Assembly (NCBI GenBank): GCA_046565595.1
Contig: JBKHYG010000121.1
Location: forward strand, 330-64,329
Source: Actinomycetota bacterium
GTDB lineage: Bacteria; Actinomycetota; AC-67
Direction of reading: 5' to 3'
DNA length: 64,000 nt
The notes beneath the pieces were generated by a model. That model did not search any database. It had not been told where the DNA came from and saw nothing but the letters and a program-made list of their open reading frames with translations. Every line of letters starts with the position of its first letter. Position 1 is the stretch's first letter. Of the stretch, positions 1 through 8,671 are shown piece by piece. Both the position numbers and the translations under genes were made by a program.

Positions 1-862
1 CGAAGAAGCCGGGCAGCCGATCGTCGAGCATCCGGATGTTCCGGTGATCTCGTTCACCGGCTCGCTCGAGGTAGGTCGCAAGATCAACTCGATGGGCGCG
101 GGCATGATGAAGCGTGTTTCGCTGGAACTCGGCAGCAAGAACATGTTGATCGTGATGCCCGACGCGGACCTCGATCTGGCGGTGGAGGCCGGCGCATGGG
201 GTGCGTTCGCAACCAGCGGACAGCGCTGCACAGCCACGAGCCGCATCGCCGTTCACGGTGCTGTGATCGGCGAGTTCCGTGAGCGGTTCCTGCAGCGGGT
301 CAAGACGATGAAGGTAGGCGCCGGCTATGACCCGAGCGTCGAGTTGGCGCCGGTCATCAACGCCAAACAGAAGGAACGGATCCTCGACTACATAGAGATC
401 GGCCAGAAGGAAGGCGCGAAGATCCTGACCGGCGGGCATGCTTTGGACGAGGGCGAGTATTCCAAGGGCAACTTCATCGCCCCGACCGTCTTCGACGGCA
501 TGACCCCGGACATGCGCATCGCTCAGGAAGAGATCTTCGGGCCGGTCACCGGGTTCATCGAGATCAGCGGCATCGAGGAAGCCATCTCGATCGCGAACGG
601 CACCCAGTACGGGCTCAGTTGCGCGGTCTACACCCGCGACATAACCAACACCTTCAAGGCGATCGAACAACTCGAGTTCGGCATCGTCTACATCAATGCG
701 CCAACGATCGGCGCTGAGGTAGGACTGCCGTTCGGCGGCATGAAATCGACCGGCAACGGCCACCGCGAAGCAGGTCCGGTCGCCTTGGACGAGTTCACCG
801 AATGGAAGAGCGTCAGCATCGACTTCTCGGGCAAGGTGCAGAAAGCCCAAGGCATCGACTGA
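1..862 (+). CDS. aldehyde dehydrogenase family protein, 5'-truncated at the window edge
   Basis: Frame 1 is open from nt 1. The translation carries ALDH catalytic-domain motifs (FTGS.EVGRKI, ELGSKN, GQRCTATSR, EEIFGPV). Confidence 0.85.
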   Translation, partial: EEAGQPIVEHPDVPVISFTGSLEVGRKINSMGAGMMKRVSLELGSKNMLIVMPDADLDLAVEAGAWGAFATSGQRCTATSRIAVHGAVIGEFRERFLQRVKTMKVGAGYDPSVELAPVINAKQKERILDYIEIGQKEGAKILTGGHALDEGEYSKGNFIAPTVFDGMTPDMRIAQEEIFGPVTGFIEISGIEEAISIANGTQYGLSCAVYTRDITNTFKAIEQLEFGIVYINAPTIGAEVGLPFGGMKSTGNGHREAGPVALDEFTEWKSVSIDFSGKVQKAQGID

Positions 863-923
863 TCCTGGCTGCGGCGCCGAACTCGCCGAACGACCACATG
901 AACACGCCCGGATCCATCCACTC

Positions 924-2102
924 ATGAGTGAGCGCATAGCCGCCATCTGGGGCCCTGCTTACGCAGAGGCCGCGCGCATCTACGACTTCGGTCCGCAGCA
1001 TCCGCTGCGACCCGGCCGTGTGATCCTGGCAGCCGAACTTTCCCGCATCAACGGGTTGTTCGATCTGCCCGAGGTGTCGCTGGTGGAACCCCGCGTGGCG
1101 ACCCGCCGAGAACTCGAACTGGTTCACCAGCCCTCCTACATAGATGCGATCATCAGGATCGGTGAGGGCCGCTGGGAGCCGTCGGACACGAGGTCTTGGG
1201 GGGTCGGCCCTGGCGACAATCCGCCGTTCGAAGGGATGCACGATGCGAGCGCGCTGGTCGCCGGCAGTGCCGTGCTGGCCGCCGACTCTTGTTGGACCGA
1301 CGGCTTCGAACATGTCTGGTATCCGGCCGGCGGCCTGCATCATGCGATGCCGGCAAGGGCCAGCGGCTTCTGCATCTACGACGATCCGGCGATCGCGATC
1401 GCTCACCTCTTGGAACTAGGTGCCGAGAGGGTCGCTTACCTGGATGTCGATGTTCACCACGGAGACGGCGTCCAAGAGATCTTCTACAGCGACCCTCGGG
1501 TCCTGACCATCAGCCTCCACGAATCCGGGCGCTTCCTCTTCCCAGGCACCGGTTTCGTCGACGAGGTCGGCTCGGGTGATGCCGTTGGCACCAGCGTCAA
1601 TGTGCCCCTGCCGCCATACACCGGCGACGACGCCTATCTGGCCGCCTTCGACCAGGTCGTCCCGCCGCTGGTCGAGGCCTTCAAGCCGAGCGTGTTGTTC
1701 ACCCAACTCGGTTGTGACACCCATGTGACCGATCCGCTCGCTCACCTCCAGTTGACGACACATGCGTGGCGCAAGCTCGCGACGCGGATCCATCAGCTCG
1801 CGCATTCAGCGGCGCAGGGCCGCTGGATCGCCACCGGAGGAGGCGGCTATTCGGTCGCCGCGGTTCCGAGAGGCTGGGCGAACTACTTCGCCGAGATGTG
1901 CGGCGGTCGGGAACTCGCCGAAGAACTGTCTGAAGAGTGGCGCGAGATCGCCCGAGGATGGGGGCTCGAGAAGCCTCCCCGGATGCTGCATGACGAGGTC
2001 AACGAACCCGACCGATACATCCAGGAAGCCGCCGAAGAGGCGGAACGATCAGCCCGGAAGACGGCGGAACGCGTGTTCGGCTATCACGGTCTGAAGGCTT
2101 GA
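924..2102 (+). CDS. acuC: acetoin utilization protein AcuC / histone-deacetylase-family amidohydrolase
   Basis: 392 aa with an HDAC/AcuC-like arrangement (HQPSYID, DVDVHHGDG, GGGGY). ATG at 924. Confidence 0.75.
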   Translation: MSERIAAIWGPAYAEAARIYDFGPQHPLRPGRVILAAELSRINGLFDLPEVSLVEPRVATRRELELVHQPSYIDAIIRIGEGRWEPSDTRSWGVGPGDNPPFEGMHDASALVAGSAVLAADSCWTDGFEHVWYPAGGLHHAMPARASGFCIYDDPAIAIAHLLELGAERVAYLDVDVHHGDGVQEIFYSDPRVLTISLHESGRFLFPGTGFVDEVGSGDAVGTSVNVPLPPYTGDDAYLAAFDQVVPPLVEAFKPSVLFTQLGCDTHVTDPLAHLQLTTHAWRKLATRIHQLAHSAAQGRWIATGGGGYSVAAVPRGWANYFAEMCGGRELAEELSEEWREIARGWGLEKPPRMLHDEVNEPDRYIQEAAEEAERSARKTAERVFGYHGLKA

Positions 2103-2111
2103 AGGACCCGA

Positions 2112-2489
2112 TCAGTCGAGATCGCGATCACGGGGGAGGTTCGGCCGTTCCATGGTGATCATGAAGCCGCCGCTCTTCATGCGGCGACTCATGCCGATCG
2201 CGCGAGTGATGATCAGCGCGCCGATAGCGATCAGCGTGGTCGCTACGAGCGGGATACCTCGATCGTCGCCGTTCAGATCGTTCACGCCGAGCAGCACGAG
2301 CAGCAGCCCGTTGACCGACAGCAGGAAGCCCGCGCGACGGCCGACGCTTCGTCGTATCAGCGCTCCCGTGAGCAGGATCGCGCCCGCACCGATGCTCGCG
2401 ATGCCCGGATCCTCGTCGATGATCAGCATCAACCCGATCCACACGAACAGCGCGCCCCACATGAGCGGCCCGATCCGCCAAGCGTCCAT
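2112..2489 (-). CDS. hypothetical small integral membrane protein
   Basis: 125 aa with three hydrophobic helices. No family recognised. Confidence 0.4.
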   Translation of the reverse strand: MDAWRIGPLMWGALFVWIGLMLIIDEDPGIASIGAGAILLTGALIRRSVGRRAGFLLSVNGLLLVLLGVNDLNGDDRGIPLVATTLIAIGALIITRAIGMSRRMKSGGFMITMERPNLPRDRDLD

Positions 2490-3305
2490 GTGAGCATCAT
2501 ACGGAGCCGCCTAGACTCCCCGCGCATGCCTCTTCCGGATCGAGAACCGCTGCGCGCGCACCTGATCTCCAGCGGCATCAGTGGCGATACCGCCACGCCC
2601 CGCTCGAACGCCGTGAGGCATGCGGAGGCTCTAGCCGCAGACGACGCTGACAAGCATCTGGGCATCGGTCGGCGCGGGCGTGACGCCAAGGGTGTGTTGA
2701 GAGCCGTGGCTGAACTCTGCGGTTGCTCCGACGACCTGACGGACCGAGATGGTCCCGGTGTGATCGACCCGGACCAGACCCTCGCCGGACTCGAGGCGAT
2801 GGCCTTGCGGCTGAAGGTCGCAGGAACGAAGGGCGAGCGGGTGCTGTTCGCGACAGGACATCCCTCCGCGTTGACGCCCTGGTATGCGCGGATGGCCGCC
2901 GCGGTCGAAGGGCTCGGCGCGAGGATCATCGAGCCGCTAGAGGATGTGCGGCTCGACGCACCCGGGGGCAGCCGCCATTCCAGAGGTCCCAGGCTCATCC
3001 GTTACTTCGATCGGGTCGGTGTCCTCTGCGTCGGATGGGCGCTGGTTCACACCCACGAGTCGTGGCCCATGCAAGCGATGCTCGATGCCGAGACCCCTGA
3101 TCTGGTCGTCTCCGATCATGGATTCGCCGGGGCCGCCGCGGCACGGGGCATCCAGACGATCGCGGTGACCGATGTGAACGACCCCGCGATAGCGGTCGGA
3201 TGGCAGGATGGGATGTTCGAAGCGGTCGTCCCGCTGGACGACAACCTGTCTCCCAGGGTCTACCAACCCTTGGCAGACGCGGTCGTCGCGGCCCTCACCG
3301 CCTGA
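2490..3305 (+). CDS. hypothetical protein
   Basis: 271-aa ORF with coding-like composition. No family recognised by eye. Start uncertain; an alternative ATG lies at ~2526. Confidence 0.35.
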   Translation: MSIIRSRLDSPRMPLPDREPLRAHLISSGISGDTATPRSNAVRHAEALAADDADKHLGIGRRGRDAKGVLRAVAELCGCSDDLTDRDGPGVIDPDQTLAGLEAMALRLKVAGTKGERVLFATGHPSALTPWYARMAAAVEGLGARIIEPLEDVRLDAPGGSRHSRGPRLIRYFDRVGVLCVGWALVHTHESWPMQAMLDAETPDLVVSDHGFAGAAAARGIQTIAVTDVNDPAIAVGWQDGMFEAVVPLDDNLSPRVYQPLADAVVAALTA

Positions 3306-3397
3306 TCTGCGCGAAGGTCTGTTCGGGGAGGTTCTGCCGTTACCCAAGGTCGCCCAGGCAGGATGCGGGGGCGCCCAGGACGAACCCTGAGTGCCAA

Positions 3398-3406
3398 GGG
3401 GTATCC
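3398..3406 (+). promoter_or_regulatory. candidate -10 element GGGTATCCT upstream of the HTH gene
   Basis: The 9-mer GGGTATCCT contains a TANNNT hexamer ~38 nt upstream of the ATG at 3444. The same 9-mer recurs at 3674. Confidence 0.3.
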
Positions 3407-3443
3407 TCCAGCGTTGCGGAGGAAGCCCACTGGGACTGGAGCG

Positions 3444-3656
3444 ATGCAAGTGGCAGATCGAGACGAGCTGTTCATGACGCCTACGGAGGCGGCCGACAGG
3501 CTGCGCGTCTCCAAGATGACCGTCTACCGGCTCATCCACGGAGGCCACCTACCGGCGGTACAGATCGGCAAGGCCTTCCGGATCCGGTCTGCGGATCTCG
3601 ATACCTATCTAGAGTCCTGCACCGTCAGGGTCGATTCGGCCAACGGGGTCGTCTAG
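3444..3656 (+). CDS. excisionase/MerR-type helix-turn-helix DNA-binding protein
   Basis: The translation has the excisionase-family HTH signature (MTPTEAADRLRVSKMTVYRLIHGGHLPAVQIGKAFRIRSADLDTYL). An HTH gene next to bS22 is a conserved actinobacterial arrangement. Start chosen at the internal ATG at 3444; 3474 is an alternative. Confidence 0.7.
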   Translation: MQVADRDELFMTPTEAADRLRVSKMTVYRLIHGGHLPAVQIGKAFRIRSADLDTYLESCTVRVDSANGVV

Positions 3657-3673
3657 AAGCCACGGCCCCGCCC

Positions 3674-3682
3674 GGGTATCCT
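3674..3682 (+). promoter_or_regulatory. candidate -10 element GGGTATCCT upstream of bS22
   Basis: Second copy of GGGTATCCT, ~35 nt upstream of the ATG at 3717. Confidence 0.3.
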
Positions 3683-3716
3683 GTGGGTACCGGATGACCT
3701 CTACAGCAGGAGACCC

Positions 3717-3815
3717 ATGGGTTCGTTGATCAAGAAGCGGCGCAAGAAGATGCGCAAGCACAAGCACAAGAAGTTGCTGAAGAAGACCCGCTGGCAGCGC
3801 CGTCAGCAGAAGTAG
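3717..3815 (+). CDS. 30S ribosomal protein bS22 (32 aa, lysine/arginine-rich)
   Basis: Not in the ORF track because it is too short. ATG at 3717, TAG stop at 3813-3815. Translation MGSLIKKRRKKMRKHKHKKLLKKTRWQRRQQK. A strong AGGAGA Shine-Dalgarno sits 5 nt upstream. It matches the actinobacterial bS22 peptide family. Confidence 0.8.
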   Translation: MGSLIKKRRKKMRKHKHKKLLKKTRWQRRQQK

Positions 3816-3834
3816 TCCCTTCGGCCGACACGCA

Positions 3835-3865
3835 CGCGCCGCCTGGAAACGGGCGGCGTTTCGCG
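3835..3865 (+). terminator. putative intrinsic terminator after bS22
   Basis: GC hairpin CGCCGCC-(loop TGGAAACG)-GGCGGCG followed by TTTCGCG, 20 nt after the stop. Confidence 0.4.
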
Positions 3866-3884
3866 CACCTGGGGGTGTTCATCC

Positions 3885-4709
3885 TTGGCTCGCTCCTTCC
3901 GTTTCATCACCTTCCTGTCTGACTACGGGCTCCAAGATGAGTTCGTAGGTGTGTGTCGTGGCGTGATCAAGCGCTTCGCCCCACAGGTCGAGATCCTGGA
4001 CCTGGCCCATGGGATCCCGCCCCAAGATGTCGTCGCAGGGTCCACCGTCCTGGCGCAGTCGGTCCCCTATCTACCTCCGGCGGTGCACCTGGCGGTCGTG
4101 GACCCGGGCGTCGGCACGCAGAGGCGAGCCGTGGTGCTGGGCACCGGGGACGGTCCGGTCCTCGTTGGACCCGACAACGGCTTGCTCACCCCGGCAGGTG
4201 ATGCGCTCGGCGGCATCAGCCAGGCGTTCGCGATCACCAACCGAGACCTCTGGTTGGACAACCCGAGTCGCACCTTCCACGGACGAGACATCTTCGCTCC
4301 GGTGTGCGCGCGGCTCGCGCTCGGGATGTCGCCCGAGGAGGTGGGGGAGCGCATCGACCCGGAGCAACTCGTTCGCATCGAACCCAAGCGAGCCGTGGTG
4401 GACGACGACCACCTACATGCCAAGGTCGTGCAGATCGACCACTTCGGCAACATGCAGCTGAATGTCATCAGGGCAGAGTTGCACGCGATCGGCATCCTCG
4501 ACGGCGACCGGTGCGAGGTCCGGCTGAACGGCCGATCCTTCGATCCGGTCTACGGCAACGCCTTCAGCGAGGTTCGTCCCGGGGAACTCATCCTGCTCGA
4601 AGACTCCTATCGATGGATGACCCTGGCCGCCAACCAGGCGAACGCATCCGCGCTGCTGGAAGCCCGGCGCGGAGACAATGTCGTGCTCGCCCGATCCCAT
4701 CAGGGCTAG
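3885..4709 (+). CDS. S-adenosyl-L-methionine hydroxide adenosyltransferase family protein (DUF62, fluorinase/chlorinase superfamily)
   Basis: 274 aa. N-terminus ITFLSDYGLQDEFVGVCRGV and overall length match the SAM hydroxide adenosyltransferase fold family. Confidence 0.7.
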   Translation: MARSFRFITFLSDYGLQDEFVGVCRGVIKRFAPQVEILDLAHGIPPQDVVAGSTVLAQSVPYLPPAVHLAVVDPGVGTQRRAVVLGTGDGPVLVGPDNGLLTPAGDALGGISQAFAITNRDLWLDNPSRTFHGRDIFAPVCARLALGMSPEEVGERIDPEQLVRIEPKRAVVDDDHLHAKVVQIDHFGNMQLNVIRAELHAIGILDGDRCEVRLNGRSFDPVYGNAFSEVRPGELILLEDSYRWMTLAANQANASALLEARRGDNVVLARSHQG

Positions 4710-4750
4710 ACCGTCACGCTCATGCTGGCCGCACTATCCTCAGACGATAG

Positions 4751-5800
4751 ATGGCCAGACGACGCGTCCTGATCACCGGGGTCTCGAGATACCTGGGCGG
4801 AAAACTCGCTCAGAAGCTCGAGAGAGATGACGATGTCGAGGTGGTCGGCGTCGATCTCGAAGAGCCGGGCTTCGACCTGACCCGAACCGAGTTCATCCGG
4901 GCTGATATACGAAATCCGCTGATCGTCAAGGTCGTGCAAGCCACCGAGGTGGACACGGTCATCCATACCAGCGTCGTGGCCACCCCCGCCCGAGCCGGCG
5001 GTCGCGCGATGATGAAAGAGGTCAATGTCATCGGCGCCATGCAACTCTTCGGAGCTTGCCAGAAGGCAGAACATGTGCGGCGCTTCGTCCTCAAATCGAC
5101 GACGGCGGTCTACGGCGCGGACCCGAGCGAACCGAGCGTGTTCACCGAGGGGATGGTCCCGGTCGGCCATGCACGCACCGGGTACGCCAAGGACGCCTGG
5201 GAGGTCGAGAACTACGCTCGCAACTTCGGGCGTCGGCGTCCCGATGTTCAACTGACCGTTCTGCGCTTCGCGAACTTCATCGGACCCGAGATCGACACTC
5301 CGCTGACCCGATTCTTCAGGCTGCCGATCGTCCCCACAGCGCTCGGATACGACCCGCGCATCCAGTTCATACACGAGCATGATGCGGTCGAGATCCTCTA
5401 TCGAGCGGCGACGGGAGAGCGACCCGGGACCTTCAACGCTACAGGCGATGGCGTCTTGTACCTGTCTCAGGCCGTGAGGCTGGCCGGGAAGCTTGGGATC
5501 CCCATCGTTCATCCCTTGGCCACCATGGTGGGGACATTCGTGCGCCAGCTCGGTCTGGTCGATTTCTCCCCAGAGCAACTGGATTTCCTGCTCTTCGGTC
5601 GGGTGGCCGACAACAGGCGCCTCAAGGAGGCATTCGGATACACACCGAGGTATTCGACCGTAGAGGCCTTCAAGGACTTCGTCGCTCGAGCCCGGGTGGC
5701 TCGGATGTTCAGCGAGGAGCAGGCAGAGTCCTGGGAACGCAACCTGTTCGACATGTTCTCGCGGATCGCGTCTTCCGCAGGCTTGAAGGAGGCCCGATGA
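4751..5800 (+). CDS. NAD-dependent epimerase/dehydratase family protein (extended SDR)
   Basis: N-terminal Rossmann motif VLITGVSRYLGGKL, 349 aa. Translationally coupled to the next gene. Confidence 0.8.
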   Translation: MARRRVLITGVSRYLGGKLAQKLERDDDVEVVGVDLEEPGFDLTRTEFIRADIRNPLIVKVVQATEVDTVIHTSVVATPARAGGRAMMKEVNVIGAMQLFGACQKAEHVRRFVLKSTTAVYGADPSEPSVFTEGMVPVGHARTGYAKDAWEVENYARNFGRRRPDVQLTVLRFANFIGPEIDTPLTRFFRLPIVPTALGYDPRIQFIHEHDAVEILYRAATGERPGTFNATGDGVLYLSQAVRLAGKLGIPIVHPLATMVGTFVRQLGLVDFSPEQLDFLLFGRVADNRRLKEAFGYTPRYSTVEAFKDFVARARVARMFSEEQAESWERNLFDMFSRIASSAGLKEAR

Positions 5801-6792
5801 GTGCTGCGGTCGCTCGTGCCGGCGGCTCCCCGACCCGATGCGCGGGCGTGACGGCGGGCGGTACCCGATGCCGTAACCGTGCCAGCGTGGAAGGCTTCTG
5901 TCACCTTCACGCCATCCCGGTCGAACGCACCGTCGAAGCACGAGAACCGGTGCCGTCCACCCCTTTCGAGGAGCAGATCAAGGATCTGCTCGGATTCCTG
6001 CGTCGGCGGCTCACCGGTGACTACTCGGTTGACGACATGGGCCTCGACGCTGAACTGACCGAGCGATTCATCCTGCCGATGCTTCGGCTGCCTTACAGCA
6101 ACTGGTGGCGCGTCGAGCAGCGCGGCATCGAGAACCTTCCGGCGCAGGGTCCCGCCCTGCTGGTCTCCAACCATTCAGGCACTCTGCCCTGGGACGCGCT
6201 CATGTTGAAGGTCGGAGTGTTCGAGGCCTCGGAGCGCCATGTGCGGCTGCTCGCCGCGGATCTGGCGATGCGCTTGCCGTTCTCTGGAGAGATCGCACGC
6301 AAGACCGGGAATACCCTCGCCTGCCAGGAGGATTCCTATCGACTGCTTGATTCCGGAGAACTGGTCGGGGTCTTCCCAGAGGGATTCAAGGGTGTCGGCA
6401 AGAGGTTCCGCGAGCGCTACAAGTTGCAGCGGTTCGGGCGAGGCGGGTTCGTGGAGGTGGCCGTCAAGGCGAAGGTGCCGATCATCCCGGTCAGCATCGT
6501 CGGAGCCGAAGAGATCTATCCCATCGTCGGGGACATCAAGCCCCTCGCTCGGCTGTTCGGCTTCCCGTACTTCCCCGTGACGCCCTTCTTCCCGGCCCTG
6601 GGGCCGCTGGGCATGATCCCGCTGCCGAGCAAGTGGATGATCACCTATGGCGAACCGATCCCGACCGATCAGGTATCTGAGGCGGACGCAGCCGACCCGA
6701 TGTTCGTCTTCAACCTCACCGACGAGGTTTGCGAGACGATCCAGCAGATGCTCTACAAGACGCTCATGACGCGGCGCAGCGTCTTCGTCTGA
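5797..6792 (+). CDS. lysophospholipid (1-acyl-sn-glycerol-3-phosphate) acyltransferase family protein with a Cys/His-rich N-terminal extension
   Basis: ATGA overlap with the upstream stop. PlsC-like motifs present (NHSG...D, FPEG). The N-terminus carries C-x9-C-x9-C-H-x-H (RCAGVTAGGTRCRNRASVEGFCHLH). Confidence 0.75.
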   Translation: MSAAVARAGGSPTRCAGVTAGGTRCRNRASVEGFCHLHAIPVERTVEAREPVPSTPFEEQIKDLLGFLRRRLTGDYSVDDMGLDAELTERFILPMLRLPYSNWWRVEQRGIENLPAQGPALLVSNHSGTLPWDALMLKVGVFEASERHVRLLAADLAMRLPFSGEIARKTGNTLACQEDSYRLLDSGELVGVFPEGFKGVGKRFRERYKLQRFGRGGFVEVAVKAKVPIIPVSIVGAEEIYPIVGDIKPLARLFGFPYFPVTPFFPALGPLGMIPLPSKWMITYGEPIPTDQVSEADAADPMFVFNLTDEVCETIQQMLYKTLMTRRSVFV

Positions 6793-6798
6793 GGTCTG

Positions 6799-8304
6799 TC
6801 AGCGTCCGAGTGCGAAGCGACGAACCCCGACCGCTAGGCCAAGGAGCGCTAGCGCCCAGACGGCCTTGCTCTCGACACCCGTCTTCGGCACGCATGATCC
6901 GATGCAGACCGGCTTCACATTGGTCGCGGCGACCGCAGCCGTGGCGCTGGGCAGATCGACCGTGATCGACAACCCGCTCGGGGTGAAGTCGCTCTTGGTG
7001 AACTTGGGGATCACCGAGCCACCCGAGTTGATCGACATCAGCTTCTCGTAGTTCGGAAGGGCAGGCGCGATCCGCAGGCGCAGTGAGTTGGCGGTTGCCG
7101 TAGCGAGCGTTCCCGCCGGGCTGACCTTCTCTTCGTTGGCCAGCTTCTCGAGCGTGATACCAGCGGTCCCGTACGCGAGGTCGAGTGCGTTCTCGAGTTC
7201 GGTGACAGCCGCCCCGAGTCCGAGGTTCTCAAGCGTCTGACCGCCCGCGTCCTTCAGCGTCTTCGGGTCGAGCAGGCGTGCGAGATCCTCGCTTGAGACA
7301 TGGACACCAAGCAGGCCACCAACATCCAGGTTGACCACATCGGTCTTGGAATCGGCCTTGGCCGAAGCCTCACCCTTGACGCCATTGGCGAACGCGCTCG
7401 CCTTGACCTCGATCGAGTCGGCGGTCACCCAGCCGCCGAAGATCCCGAGGTCGACGATCTGCGTCAGCGAGGTCGCACGGAGACCATCGAGGGTCTTCGC
7501 GGGCTCGTCGGACAGGTTCGCGGCACCGGCCAGCACGCGACCCGAGATCAGGTCCGCGGTGCGGATGTCCGGCAGAGGCTTGATGTTGCCGACGGTGATG
7601 ACACGGTCGAGTTCGTCCTTGATCGGCTTCAAGGCGGTGATGCCATCGAGGGTGGACTTGACCGTGTCGATCGAGTTGTTGACCACCGGGAGGACGCTTC
7701 CGTTCACGGTGGTGCGAACGGTGTTCAGCGCGTTACCGACCGCTGCCAAGGCCGCTCCTTCGCCGATGAGCGACTCGAGCTTCAGGCCGATGTCAACGAT
7801 CCCGGTGGTACCTTGCGTGCGCAGGTTCCCGGTCGTGCGGCTGAGCGCGCCAGCGACATCTACCGAGCCCAGGGCCAAGGGAGCGGGGAGTTCGATCCGC
7901 GTCTTGGCAAGAGATGCCTCGTCTGCGCACGAGGTCGAGTCGCAGCGGGAGGACGACTTGGGCATGGAAGTGTCGCCCAACAGCGGAGCTGCCCACGAAG
8001 AGGCTGCGCCCGTCGCGTTGGTGCGAGTCACATCACCGTAGTTCGATGAGATGACCAGGGTCTGTGAAGTAGCCCCTAGGTCAAGGGCTGGCATCGCCGT
8101 GACCGGATACCCGGCGTCTAGGAGCGCCTGGCGAACCTGAGCCACCGAAGGGATCGTCACGACGACCTTCATGGCTTCTGAATACGCCTGCCCGTTGATG
8201 ACGGGAGGGATCGCGCTCTGCGCGGAGGGCATGGACATCGCGAAGAGACCCGTGACTGCGAAAGCCATCGTGGTCACTCGCTTGGTGAGCGAACGCTGCT
8301 TCAT
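6799..8304 (-). CDS. secreted Ala/Thr/Gly/Leu-rich protein with an N-terminal signal peptide and a sortase-like C-terminal sorting signal
   Basis: 501 aa. Signal peptide MKQRSLTKRVTTMAFAVTGLFAMSMPSAQSA. C-terminus has VPKTG, then a ~20-residue hydrophobic segment, then RRFALGR. Confidence 0.6.
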   Translation of the reverse strand: MKQRSLTKRVTTMAFAVTGLFAMSMPSAQSAIPPVINGQAYSEAMKVVVTIPSVAQVRQALLDAGYPVTAMPALDLGATSQTLVISSNYGDVTRTNATGAASSWAAPLLGDTSMPKSSSRCDSTSCADEASLAKTRIELPAPLALGSVDVAGALSRTTGNLRTQGTTGIVDIGLKLESLIGEGAALAAVGNALNTVRTTVNGSVLPVVNNSIDTVKSTLDGITALKPIKDELDRVITVGNIKPLPDIRTADLISGRVLAGAANLSDEPAKTLDGLRATSLTQIVDLGIFGGWVTADSIEVKASAFANGVKGEASAKADSKTDVVNLDVGGLLGVHVSSEDLARLLDPKTLKDAGGQTLENLGLGAAVTELENALDLAYGTAGITLEKLANEEKVSPAGTLATATANSLRLRIAPALPNYEKLMSINSGGSVIPKFTKSDFTPSGLSITVDLPSATAAVAATNVKPVCIGSCVPKTGVESKAVWALALLGLAVGVRRFALGR

Positions 8305-8523
8305 ATCTCTCCGAACTCCAGGTCCATCCCGAAGGGGTCACCTTCGAAAGGTGGTTGGTGCATACTTAGATTCGCCGCTGATGACCGCGACCCCTCCGTC
8401 GCAAATCGGGACAACAGCCCTCATGACTTCCCGGTTCTCCACGATGCCGCGGTGTGTGTGAGGCCGCTGACGGTCACAGTATGCCAAGGAATCGGGGCTT
8501 CGGGTAGTCCCATCTCGCCAGTA

Positions 8524-8551
8524 GAAACGAAAGACTCGGACCTTTCGTTTC
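8524..8551. repeat. perfect 10-bp inverted repeat (GAAACGAAAG-N8-CTTTCGTTTC) in a relatively AT-rich intergenic region
   Basis: Read directly from the sequence. It lies between the 3' end of the anti-sigma gene and the 5' region of the secreted-protein gene. Confidence 0.5.
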
Positions 8552-8671
8552 GCTCCCCAGCAGATCTTGCCAGGGAATCTCCAGGTCGTATGGGGTAGAT
8601 GGGGCTTCTCGGCCTGCCCGGTGCCCCCGAGGGAAGAGTTGTTCGACTCGTCAGAGCAGTTTATCGACTGG

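Noticed and set aside
4706-5941. 411-aa ORF on the minus strand
   Set aside because: It lies entirely antisense to the well-supported epimerase gene. Its Arg/Pro/Gly-rich translation is typical of spurious open frames in high-GC DNA.
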